NCBI GenBank assembly: GCA_026914245.1 | Contig: CP110439.1 | Coordinates: forward strand, 1,116,001 to 1,180,000 | Reading direction: 5' to 3' | DNA from: Puccinia triticina | Lineage: Eukaryota | Length of the DNA: 64,000 bases | Shown here: in pieces, positions 48,801-59,288 of the stretch | Layout: the number at the start of each line of letters is the position of its first letter | Numbering within the stretch: the first letter of the stretch is position 1 | Position numbers and translations under genes: made by a program | The notes under the pieces: generated by a model | The model's input: the letters and a program-made list of their open reading frames with translations, nothing else | The model's database searches: none | What the model was told of the DNA's origin: nothing

Positions 48801-49033
48801 AGAGGCTAGCCGGGAGAGAGGAGAGACTCTCTCTATTAGTCTAAATACACCAACAGGCGACGAGAAGGAAAAGAGAAGAGAAGAATGAAAACAATGCTTA
48901 CCTAGCTGGGAGAGAGGAGAGACTCTCTGCCGGACTAGGGAAGCAGCAGCTCAGGCTAAGTATACAATGCGCGGGGGGTTACGTTATCCCATGACTCTTC
49001 GTGTGGAGCCCCGATGTCGAGGGGGGCTTCACA
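45876..49033 (-). mobile_element. Gag-only (non-autonomous) LTR retrotransposon
   Basis: 341-bp LTRs at 45876-46216 and 48693-49033 with few mismatches. TSD GAAGA. PPT atagggggggagac. No pol. Confidence 0.95.
46162..48399 (-). CDS. Gag-like protein (745-aa ORF; C-terminal part may be non-coding)
   Basis: Uninterrupted ORF with a coiled coil, FRTSDGPKF.GP and a CHFCKKHCG...C cluster. Homologous to 1631-2984. Confidence 0.75.
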   Translation of the reverse strand: MTTRNTNTGPLLPISDPEEILRTARRRARLDALAASNNAAIAQTLLSDHPNYDPNFPAPSTKQSMNPTSGSTGYQPEDAEQELSLSDCLKAVLTIQKNTAVQFQAAQQQAEEQRRIDAEQRKADADRFAEQRKIDRERIKALEKAALAGGIKQEVSPAPQSDRVDLTKFRTSDGPKFNGPLQDAEVFLMWIQAVTIFFLTKAVTHADDKRLIIGSLIADTNLTAFYRVESPKFAGKSWEEFRDRHFEFCLPEDWRADLRRSIVRLEMSNAELFIQYSSRARTLQSLVNFEKDVFDDLDLAEFVVLGLPQALQSKVRDFQLLAQKLFKYGTFENCVNGFYADFAKNHQSSYRSVATGANATPLGSNRLEPELYLWKMHSYLDSVGKCHFCKKHCGNPAGACPGPPDRSRLYIPPTFQIPPKPPNYVAPRAWSSPTQKQTGPAGRPTGKPAGVAGMDKAPPFEHSQVSLISAIEGQLEATNLAYGDQPLDEIEREAELAPKSDDASYSLPEEPTDTSNLIDVHAVDERVESVLDRWFPVDDDGTTEYVPISNAPPIPHPVRSPDRVLHEFHAGRRLRVLTPTACPQLKIHRPTSSAFPPPVQTPDLRCLALHSSVPTYLLCPILPTPVQPFLSNSELELPTETHITHSSQPHSRRPPAQPTKIPRHVSRTLSDRPFRRHPLCPRFPHHPTAFTQIHRPRSPSFLLSSRHHPPFYNSHSSPSFALYIGGETVKPPSTSGLHTKSHWIT

Positions 49034-51608
49034 GAAGATGGAGGAGCATATGAAATTTAGCTTTATTGACCCACTGTGCATTCATTCTCAAGATATGATA
49101 CAGGAATATATCAATATGATGTTGCAGATCTTCAATGTATGTTTCCATGTTGTCGATTTTTGTTTGGTATACATATGTACACAGGTAACACAACAACATC
49201 CATATATCCCTTTGCTGCCTGTTCATAAATGGAAAGAAGACAAACACGGCAGCTTGAACCACAATCTTCATATGCTTTCCAATGAAACTCCTGTAGTGGG
49301 TGACCATAAACACCCCCCTCAAAGAAGGAATATTTAGTGTGCCTTTGTTGAAAGACTCCCATTTTCCCTCCAATTTCCGTCTGTCTTCCTCCCCAAGGCC
49401 TTCCATGAAGTCACGCAGAAGTTATTGAATGATTCCAAGCTGTAATACATGCAAGATCTCTACAGGCGTATCTTTAAATCCATCAAATCCTGTTCCAAAT
49501 TTGGAGGCTATCAGTATCAAACACATGTAAATTTTCATCAGAGAGGCTCACCCTTCAAAGTGTAGAAACGATTATACAGCCTGTCTGGGCACTCTTTCTC
49601 TATGGCTTCTATCTCTTCTTTTTGACCTGGCTTATTTCTCTGGTGGTACCTCTCAACAAATTCCACATTTATGTTGTCCTTGAGACCTTTTGCTTTGGTT
49701 TTGTCATTGTATGCGGTCTTTGCTTCATCTTTGGATTCTTGCCAACATTTCTTTATGGATGATATGGTTTCTTCCCACTTTCGTGGAGGGGGGGCTTGAA
49801 GGTGATTGTCAGCTCACATCCATGCATACTAAAAATGAATTTACTGAACTACTTACCACATGTCCCCCTGTGGTCAATCGGAAAAAATCTTTCACATAAG
49901 CCACGAGTGACTTATCCTCCTTCCTTACCACCGAAAGTTGACACAATTGGCATTTGCAGGCATGGTTGTACTGGTCGTTTCTGCATGCATTGGAGAGTCC
50001 CCAAGTGCTATTAGTACAAAACTCATAATTAGTACCCTCTGATTCAGTATGCTATCATAAGCAAAATGGCCATTGATGCTCATATCACTGGAAGGAATGA
50101 TAAGTAATTCCACAAGTGTCAACATGATGCTGATCATGATTTTTAAATGGAAAAATAATGAACAACTTACTTAATTTCCTCAATAATTGGATCTTCCAAC
50201 TCCAAGCAACTTGCTACATTGGAGGTTGCCACAAATTGACAATTGTACTCCTGATTTGACCAGTGTGGATGTAGTCCTGACAAAGTGAAATAATATGATA
50301 TATGTTTGTTCCATTGTTTGGAGCAATTACCAGATGTGTCGTCTGCATAGAGTGTAAGTGGTACATGTCGGATGATGCAGTTTTGGGCCTTTTTCCGCCA
50401 AGGGTTGGGGAGTTCAATTTGGATTCTTTTTCCACTGTTATCGTCGCTCCTCCGTCCGTCATCCCCGCATCCGAAGTGCTCAGATTCTGATACAATATGG
50501 CGTCCCAATCTTCACCCAGAGGTCCATTTACTGTCCGATTCCGCCCACGCCCGACGCCATCTGTAGGTACAGGTATGTTTGAAATTCACGGCCTGTTGTA
50601 TTATCTGTATGTGTATATCAAAAGCTGACCTTTATGTATTTTCCCCATTCAGCAGGAGCCACTGGGGCCATGCGACCAGCGTCAGCAATCATCAGCCCCG
50701 CCCGACTGGAAGCTGCGCCTTATGTAGCCAAGAGTCCAATACAATACCATTCCCCAGCGATCCATCCCGAGTTGGATGCCAAGGCCCGTCTTGCCGTTCT
50801 CGCCCCGATCAACCCTGATCTTGAGCCCGCCCCAATCATCCCTGATGCTGAGCCCGTCCCAATCATCCCTGATGCTGAGCCCGCCCCGATCATCCCTGAT
50901 CTTCGCAGCGATGATGCAGCCAGCCACGCCAACAAGAATCATGCAGACCAAGATTTGGGTGCACCCAAAACCGAGCTGACCACCACTTCCCAAGAGCCTG
51001 ATCATGCTGACACCATCATGACCCTTATGCGACTCGCTGAGGAACTAGCGCTCCCCGCAGATCAGATGGACCGGTTCCGCAAAGTATCCCAGCTCCCTGA
51101 GCCCAATTGCTTGATGGGTGTCTTCATGTACATGGTATGGATCCAACACCGACTTGAAACTCTCCCGTCCGATCATCCGCTCGAACCCACCCCAGCCCCT
51201 GTTGCTAATCCCCCCCCCTGAGCAAGCCAGGGGTTTTGTTTACCATTGCGAAGCCCGAGTGAGCTCAGTCCTTATTTTTTGCTAACCCCCAACACGAACA
51301 TTGCTGACGGATGTTTCTGTTCAAGATGAATCAGAACTTTATTTGCACCAAAGCCCGGCAAAAACTCCTTTTGCCGCATCTTGAGGCTTATGGTCAAACG
51401 CATACCGTCGCAAGCCGCGCTCTCATTCCCAGAACCCCGCTAGTCTTAATCAAGGTAAGCCGCCTTCCTTCCTTTCCTTCCTCCTTGCCGCAGTCGACTG
51501 AGAACTCGGTCTGCTGCAGGAAGAAGTCGATGCAATGGACAACGACTGGAAGGCGACTTACTTGCCGGCCGGATATGCCAATCAAGAAGATACCGCTGTC
51601 AACTCCGT

Positions 51609-54600
51609 TGTGGTAAGCCAATCCTGATCTACCCAGAAAACCAGCAACCATCAATCACAAGGCTGTCACACCTCAAGACTAAATCCCATACCTCTGGCCC
51701 CCTTGTCAGCAAAGCCCAAGGCCCTCAACATCCCCACTCAATGGTCATACCATGGATAATAGTATTCCCTCTTCCCACACTCCCCCTCTCTTGGATAAAC
51801 CCTCTCCCTAGTCTCAAACATCTACCCAGATCACATGTTACCCCCTTCTTCTAGTGTTTCCTTAGAACCATGTGCTCAAAGATGTATAAGCACCCTTGAA
51901 ACCCTTCACCCTCCAAACCCAACATGGTACACATTATACTAGACATAGCCCCAAACCTCACCTACATTATTACTTCCTGAAACACCTAAATCCTCCTATC
52001 TTAGATCATAGAATATTTTACCCCTGTTATGTCTCACATATCCCCTCCTCCAACTAGGAAGATTGCACCATAGCCCCCAGAAGATGGCATCATCCCCACC
52101 CACTATTACACCATCATGTGACTCCTTGACCCACTACTCTGACCACATGGCTGTTTCATCCTATAGAAGTAGAATGTTCTATGCTTCCCTCCAGGTTATC
52201 CTTGTTTCCTCATGGCTCCTCTTTCTTGTGTATATAAACTGGGTTGTTTTCCTCTTCATTTGTTCCCCATCAGATCCTGTCAAAGTAATTCAGATCACTG
52301 GTCACCTATCATTAGCCTTGCTTATGCCAATAAATCAGATTGGACAAGCTTGTTATCTGTGTACAAAATATTAGATTAGTAGAAAAGTAACCCTCAAGAC
52401 ATACCTCAAGAATCCTCTATAGCCACACCTTTCCATAAGAGTCCACACTCTTATATCTTTTTCTTGTTCCCAGAGAGGCAGCCCATTAAAGCACCATTCC
52501 CTCTCCAGCTCTATTCATCCCAAGAGTAGTTCCACAAGTGGTGTCCCAACAGTGGCCTGAAGATCTTCAGTTTTCAGTTTTACTTTTGGAGTACTAGTCT
52601 AATAGATAGTTACAGATTAGCTAGTGCATTTACAAAAAACTTCACATTTTAACAAATCTACATACCTTGACAGATTTCCCTGATATCCCAAGTTCCCCAG
52701 GATCATCTACAATCAACTCTTACTCCTATCAATTCACTTAACAAACCTTATCCTCCGACCACCCAAGAATCTTTAGAATCATGTCTTACCAACCTAGAAG
52801 AAAATCCTTTTCTGGACCTGTCCCCAAGTGGACACACATACCCAACCTAGTAATACCCCCATTTGGTGGTCACACAAGACAAGCAAACACTGGATCAGTA
52901 CTTAATCAATTTGGAAACCCTGGACCTACTGAACAGCCCTGGAATGGAAATTATGTCCTTGCAAACTTTGGAGTCAATTACCCTGGAAATCCATACCTAC
53001 CCACCAATCCTGGCCCCATGAGGAATGCCGATCCTCCTAGTTCTGGAAGCCCTGCCTTGGACCCTCTCCCTGAACCATTTCAACCTGTAGCAGACCAGTC
53101 AGCAAGTATCTCTGCAGCCCAAAATTACCAGATGGGAACCAACACTAGCAATCCTCACCATTTCTTGGAAGCCAATATCCAACTCCCAGCCTACAACCCA
53201 GAACCTTTTGGAAGAAAACCTGTCAAGATCAAATCCATGGCCAAAGGCCTCTTTTTTGATGGTTCCAACATGGAAATCAGTAACTTCATCAAGAGGCTAG
53301 AAAATGCTGCTCAACTGGATGGTGCCCTAGGATGTGATATAGCCATCCAAATCACTGTCTCCTTGGAAGGAGAATCACTGATCAATGAGGTACAGGAAAT
53401 GACTGAACAGGTTGGCCATGATTGGGAAAAGCTTAAACTGAAATTAGTCCAAAGATGGGGAAAAATGTTACCTCTCCTCAAGTACACCAGGAATGATTTG
53501 GACAAGCTCCTTTTCACTACTCAGGCCAAAGGAATCAAAACTCAGAAGGAATTCCAGGACTTCAGCATCAAGTTGGACAACCTGGTAGCTTACCTAGTTA
53601 GGTGTCAGCATATGGCTAGTGCAGAAGAAATAAGACATGCAGTACTCAACTGTGTCAGCACCCCTATCAAGGTATCAGTCTGTAGAGAGCTCCTTAGGGA
53701 TAGACAAATGCAAAGCTCTGTGGATGGTTCCCATATTCTCCCTCCTTACCTAGTCATTATGCAATACATCTCCAAGGAATTCAAGACCCTGTCAATTTTG
53801 GAGGAAGAAACAACCCAGGAAAAACCCTTAGGAATTCAACAGCCTGCAAAAATAAGTCAAAAAAACCCAACTCAGGATAAATCCATGGATCAACTCACTA
53901 GGAACCTTGCCAGTTGGAATGTCCAAAAACCTTCCCCCTTTATCTCTTCCAGTCATGTCCCCTACAAACCAGCTCAATATGAGAGGGACCCTGCAACCCT
54001 GAAGTGCAATTACTGTCATATGATGGGCCACACCATGCATAGATGCAACCTAGTAAACCTGGATTAACTCAATGGCCTCTGCAAGAAAGAAGGGAATACA
54101 GTCAGACTCCCTGATGGATCTCAAGTTCCCTGGGACAGGAATACCCCCTACAAGGCAACTGTGGACCAGTTTCACCAAGCAAATAAGCAACCAGGAGTTA
54201 TCCACTTACCCTCTGGAACACTTAAACCAAATGCACCAGCAAGTAACCTGGAACCTCAGGTATCCTTTGGAATGATAGATCACATGGACCAAGATGTGGA
54301 AGCCTTGATGATCAGTTCTAGAAGATTACCCTTGGACTCAATGCTGAAGATCAAAGCCAATAGGGGAGACCCGGAAGATGAATCCAGCTCCCCAGTTAGA
54401 CTTATGACACCTTGCTTGTCAAAAATCACTTCCCAGGTCCTTGGAAATCTTGGAAATTTAGAAAAATTGGACAACAGAAGAGCAAAGAAGTTAGGATCAG
54501 CCAGTGGAACTAATAAAGAAACTTCTATCCCTGGGATTCTCTCACCAAACTTAATAGTTAAAGAACCTCCAGATACTCTATTTGCATTCAAAACTAAATT

Positions 54601-56951
54601 AGAATTAACTGAAGAAAAGGCCACAGAAAATATCAGCCAAAATGTCCCCCCAGAAGGAACTTATTCACTCAAGCATGACTCAACCATTGAAGCTACATCT
54701 GAAGAAAATAAAACCTCAAAAGAACCCACCCTTGGATGTTGCCAATCCTTGTTTCTAGAAAATTCTTGCCATTCAAGTCCACTACCCTTGGATATTCTTG
54801 GAGCCCAGGCACCTTTTATAGATAGTAAAATAGACTCTTCCTTGGAACAATTCTCACTACTCTTCACTCAGAATTTTGAGCCCATTCCTCTTTCCAACCA
54901 ATCCTCAGCCAAATTGGAGACCTGCATTTTCCAGAAGGATCCTGGTAAACGTATAGACCAAATATCTTCATCAGCCTCCATCACAAAGAGATCAACCTTG
55001 GAGTTAGTAGGAAAACCCACATTGGAATTTGGTCCACCTTTTTTTGAAGAAAATTTTTCCCAGCCAAACTTGCCTTCCTCAAATTATCATGGTGCAAAGT
55101 TATCCCTAGTTGATAAAACCTCCATTCCCAACTCAGCATCCATTTGTAGTTTGGGAAGACATGTTTTTCACAAAGACCCTGGTAAATCCACAGGAAGAAA
55201 ATTGGAATCAGCCTCTCTAACAAACAATCCACAGGAATCACATTCTCTTCCAACTCACCAGTTTATCCCTAATCACCTTGAATATCCACTCTTCAAACCC
55301 CCTGACGCAATCCAAAAGGATTCTGGCGCTCAATTTTTTCTGAAATTCCTAAAGCAAATAATCAAGTCAACCAGTATTCAGCATAAACTCCCAGTACCTT
55401 GGTTTTCCCCAACTCCCCTTCCTCAAATCCAAAAGATTAATCTATGGAATATTTGGATCCTTGCTAACTTCAAGTTCCATAGGTTGAAGGGCATGTCTCA
55501 TATTGGTTTTGGTAAAACTCCAGGAACTTTCATATCTAAGGGACATGGACTATCCCTACTAGCCAGAATCTCATAAGCCTTTCTACCTAGTCACACTCAC
55601 CCAATTTGGGGGTGGCTGTTGTTGTTTCCTCATTTCACCAAGAGATCAGTCTTTTCTCTCAGTTTTTTTTAGATTAGATCTTCACACTCCAACTCAAGTT
55701 CACCCAATTTGGGGGTGGCAAGCCAGTAGAATTCCCTTTCCTCTCATGACATCTCCCCTGCAATTCAATTTCATATATAAGAAAAAGGTGAAGATATAAA
55801 TAAATAAAAAAAAGAAAGTCTCCCCCTCAGCCTTCACATAAAATCTTTCTCTTCCTCAAATTCACTTTTTGGGCATCATAAAATCTACACAACATAGTTT
55901 CTTTTTTGCTTAAGTTCATCTCTTCCTTTGTCCTCTGTCACATGCTAGCTTTTCTTCTCTCCTCAGGATTGGCCTATTTTCTTTTTTCTGGATGATGGGG
56001 ACATCATCTTATTTGGGGGTGGATGTGGTAAGCCAATCCTGATCTACCCAGAAAACCAGCAACCATCAATCACAAGGCTGTCACACCTCAAGACTAAATC
56101 CCATACCTCTGGCCCCCTTGTCAGCAAAGCCCAAGGCCCTCAACATCCCCACTCAATGGTCATACCATGGATAATAGTATTCCCTCTTCCCACACTCCCC
56201 CTCTCTTGGATAAACCCTCTCCCTAGTCTCAAACATCTACCCAGATCACATGTTACCCCCTTCTTCTAGTGTTTCCTTAGAACCATGTGCTCAAAGATGT
56301 ATAAGCACCCTTGAAACCCTTCACCCTCCAAACCCAACATGGTACACATTATACTAGACATAGCCCCAAACCTCACCTACATTATTACTTCCTGAAACAC
56401 CTAAATCCTCCTATCTTAGATCATAGAATATTTTACCCCTGTTATGTCTCACATATCCCCTCCTCCAACTAGGAAGATTGCACCATAGCCCCCAGAAGAT
56501 GGCATCATCCCCACCCACTATTACACCATCATGTGACTCCTTGACCCACTACTCTGACCACATGGCTGTTTCATCCTATAGAAGTAGAATGTTCTATGCT
56601 TCCCTCCAGGTTATCCTTGTTTCCTCATGGCTCCTCTTTCTTGTGTATATAAACTGGGTTGTTTTCCTCTTCATTTGTTCCCCATCAGATCCTGTCAAAG
56701 TAATTCAGATCACTGGTCACCTATCATTAGCCTTGCTTATGCCAATAAATTAGATTGGACAAGCTTGTTATCTGTGTACAAAATATTAGATTAGTAGAAA
56801 AGTAACCCTCAAGACATACCTCAAGAATCCTCTATAGCCACACCTTTCCATAAGAGTCCACACTCTTATATCTTTTTCTTGTTCCCAGAGAGGCAGCCCA
56901 TTAAAGCACCATTCCCTATCCAGCTCTATTCATCCCAAGAGTAGTTCCACA
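51609..56951 (+). mobile_element. CpG-depleted gag-only Gypsy-type LTR element
   Basis: 928-bp LTRs at 51609-52536 and 56024-56951, about 2 differences seen. 4-bp TSD CCGT. PBS TGGTGTCCCAACAGTGG. PPT gggggtgga. No RT or IN motifs. Confidence 0.93.
52781..54067 (+). CDS. gag: Gag (428 aa to the first stop), related to family A Gag
   Basis: FDGSNMEISNFIKRLENAAQLDG...DWEKLKLKLVQRW aligns by eye with FSEAEVERFIDRFERAALQEG...DWTKLKEEILERW. Zinc knuckle CNYCHMMGHTMHRC. Confidence 0.8.
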   Translation: MSYQPRRKSFSGPVPKWTHIPNLVIPPFGGHTRQANTGSVLNQFGNPGPTEQPWNGNYVLANFGVNYPGNPYLPTNPGPMRNADPPSSGSPALDPLPEPFQPVADQSASISAAQNYQMGTNTSNPHHFLEANIQLPAYNPEPFGRKPVKIKSMAKGLFFDGSNMEISNFIKRLENAAQLDGALGCDIAIQITVSLEGESLINEVQEMTEQVGHDWEKLKLKLVQRWGKMLPLLKYTRNDLDKLLFTTQAKGIKTQKEFQDFSIKLDNLVAYLVRCQHMASAEEIRHAVLNCVSTPIKVSVCRELLRDRQMQSSVDGSHILPPYLVIMQYISKEFKTLSILEEETTQEKPLGIQQPAKISQKNPTQDKSMDQLTRNLASWNVQKPSPFISSSHVPYKPAQYERDPATLKCNYCHMMGHTMHRCNLVNLD

Positions 56952-59288
56952 CCGTCTCACTCCTCATCCGAGAACTACTAAAATACGAGAAAAGCGGGCT
57001 TGCCAAACTGGTTCGTATCTGTGATTATCTTTTTTTATCACATAAATACATAACTGATCCCCAATCATCCTAGATTATGGTTGGAGCAAGGCAAGGTGGA
57101 CGGGGCACTGGAGTGGCAATCCCACCCATCACAGACATTGTTGTCAGTGTAAGTCCCTTCCGGCCTCTTTACTTGCGGACTGGTCATTCTCGGACTGATG
57201 GCCACTTTATCAGGTCCTGCAAGAATATTCCCCCAGACACGCACTCATGAGCCGGGCCGAAGTCGCAGCCTCCATCAATGTAAGCTTGGTTGTGCGGATG
57301 GCGTATCTCCGGCTACACATGTACATGCAACGTCAACAGGATCGTACGACGACCTTAGTTCGATCACCTTGGGAGCAAATCAATCGACACCTGGAGGCGA
57401 TGCGACGCAAGTCTTGGGACTACAAATCAGCGTAAGTTCTCAGTTATATACACATGATTCTTGGTTACACGGTCTGATCAATTTGATCCTATCAGGTACG
57501 GGCATCTCATCTTGGCATATGACAGGGAGCTTTTTGACGGTACGAAGACCGCAAAAGATCTCGCTGGCATTGCGGTATCCCTCCCCTCAGAGGAAGAGGT
57601 GGAGGAGATATTGGTGCGCCGAGCCCAGGAGGCCCCCGAGGACAAAGACAAAGGTGTCGTTGCAGACACCTTCTGAATCAGCTGTTTTTTTTGATTATTT
57701 TTATTATTGTATTTCTTTTATTTTACTTCAATGGCCATTTGTACGCAATGCAGCATATGGTACCCTGGTGGTACCATATTCTGCAATATTTTACCCGCGG
57801 ATTTGATCCGCTCCGCCCCCCCCCCCCCCTCCTGGGTTACCTCCCCGGAGCACAGAACCACCGTTGGTGGTCCCCACGGGAAGCTGATGCACGTGGTGTA
57901 CATGTCATCAGCTCAGGATGGCAACTTGTGGGCTCGACCCGCCCGTGGGTATCACGGCGAATCCACCGGGAGTCCATGGTTGAAGGACCCGTGGTGCACC
58001 CGTGGGCCCGACCTTCACGTCGTGATCACAGGGAATCCACGGGGATTCCACGCGGTGCGGAAATCTGCCGTGGAATCCACGGGTGATCCTCCCGGTGGTG
58101 ATCCTGTGATTCCCTGGACTGAAAGCCGCTGGTCCGACCTCGCGCGCGGCTACCACGTGGAGTCCTCGTGGATTCCGCGTGATTTCCCCGTGGACGGACT
58201 CCCCGGGTGTAGCACCTCCCCTCAATGACCGGTACACACCAGTCATTGAGAGGTGTGACTGATGACTGGTCCGCGCCGGTAATCAAGAGGTATGAGTCCT
58301 CTGGATGACTGGTTGTGTGCCCCTTGATGACCGGTCCAGACCGGTCAGAGAGGTGTGATTGCTGTGGGCACTCCAAAAAAAAGGAGACTTGGAGTGCACC
58401 CCAATGCACTCCATTTGGTATTTGCCAGCTGGAGTGCAAAGCCAAAATCCTTCACTGAAAAGGTGGAGTGCTTGGGCTTACACTCCATTTTTTTTGGAGT
58501 GCATCTAGCTGCACTCCCCTATTTTGGTCAATTTTGGAGTACCCAGTTGTGTACTCCAATAAACATGGAGTGCCCATCTGGGGACTCCATGTTTTGGGAG
58601 TACAAAATCAAGGCACTCCAACTTTTTTGGAGTGCTGGCCCCCCAAAGCCAAAAATGTGGAGTGCACAAAGTAAAAGTTTGGAGTGCATTTAGGCTGACC
58701 CTATATGAAGGCTCTAGCCAATCTCATGAATTCTGCTCTATGGACTGAGCTTCTGTAATGAAAAATGTGGTGTCTAGAACTTCTTCCAACCCACTGTACA
58801 TCCCTTTGGTTCTGTAGCCCCCTACAGATCCAGACCTACAGCCTGTAAAGCAGAATTTTGAGGGGAATTTAGTCCCAGAGGCTGCAGATCTGACTCTGCA
58901 GCTCCTCGCAGAGTCAAAGACTTCATTTTGTAGCTCCTCAAATGGCCCAGCTACAGCACCTACACATTGAATGTTGATTTTGCAGGTTGTCAGTCAAGTC
59001 AACCAACATCATCATCTTACCTGGTTTTAGGCCAAGCAGATTACATATGATATGTAACCAGCAATCCTGAGCATTGTAGAAGTTAGGGTAAAAGGGGGGA
59101 CAACTACTTGTAATCTGAAGCATAACACATCATGAAGCAAAAACCATAAAACTGCCAAAAGTGTTTTCTTATATTTCTGCTTTACTGTTTGTTTACATTC
59201 GTCGAGAATAAGCGGGGTTATCTTAACAGCAGGTAAATCCATAAGCTAAAGCATTGAGAGTTGCCAATTTAAATGCATATGTACTGGT

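Larger units (their letters stand above)
37492..50440 (-). pseudogene. CMC-like DDE transposase fused to a C-terminal OTU-like cysteine protease; N-terminus missing; two LTR insertions
   Basis: Transposase motifs LYADDTSGNCSKQWNKH, GDSPMHAE, DTPVEILH, KFHMLLHL|PESVRRFGP..FSSEKFESYN and NFQHNC. The last frame runs into VKGDGHCGFRS and, beyond the chromovirus, WMTM|PGMG...AHFV. Confidence 0.82.
50497..57676 (+). pseudogene. Multi-exon accessory gene of the CMC element, divergent from the transposase, disrupted by an LTR element
   Basis: ATG at 50497. Several GT-AG introns (e.g. about 50573-50652, 51454-51519, 57432-57495). The exon continues across the CCGT TSD. Function unknown. Confidence 0.55.
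35856..58209. mobile_element. CACTA/EnSpm-like (CMC) DNA transposon with three nested LTR elements
   Basis: CAC...GTG termini. 2-bp TSD TA at 35854-35855 and 58210-58211. CCACG/CGTGG subterminal repeats at both ends. CMC-like transposase inside. Confidence 0.8.
34359..58701. mobile_element. MULE/hAT-like non-autonomous TIR element forming the outer shell of a 24-kb nest
   Basis: TIR GGGTCAGCCTAAATGCACTCCAAA at both ends. Flanking direct repeat TATATGAA(GG) of 8-10 bp. GGAGTG/CACTCC subterminal repeats at 34370-34670 and 58365-58690. Confidence 0.85.

Noticed and set aside
54161..55576. 471-aa ORF as pol or env
   Set aside because: No RT, RNase H, integrase or clear transmembrane motifs. It looks like a low-complexity extension after gag, of unknown function.
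34359..58701. CMC-type transposase paired with GGG TIRs and an 8-bp TSD as a new superfamily
   Set aside because: An inner CAC...GTG element with a TA duplication (35856-58209) encloses the transposase, so the outer TIRs belong to a separate host element.
58712..59280. Short ORFs downstream of NMT1
   Set aside because: No motifs or consistent exon structure.
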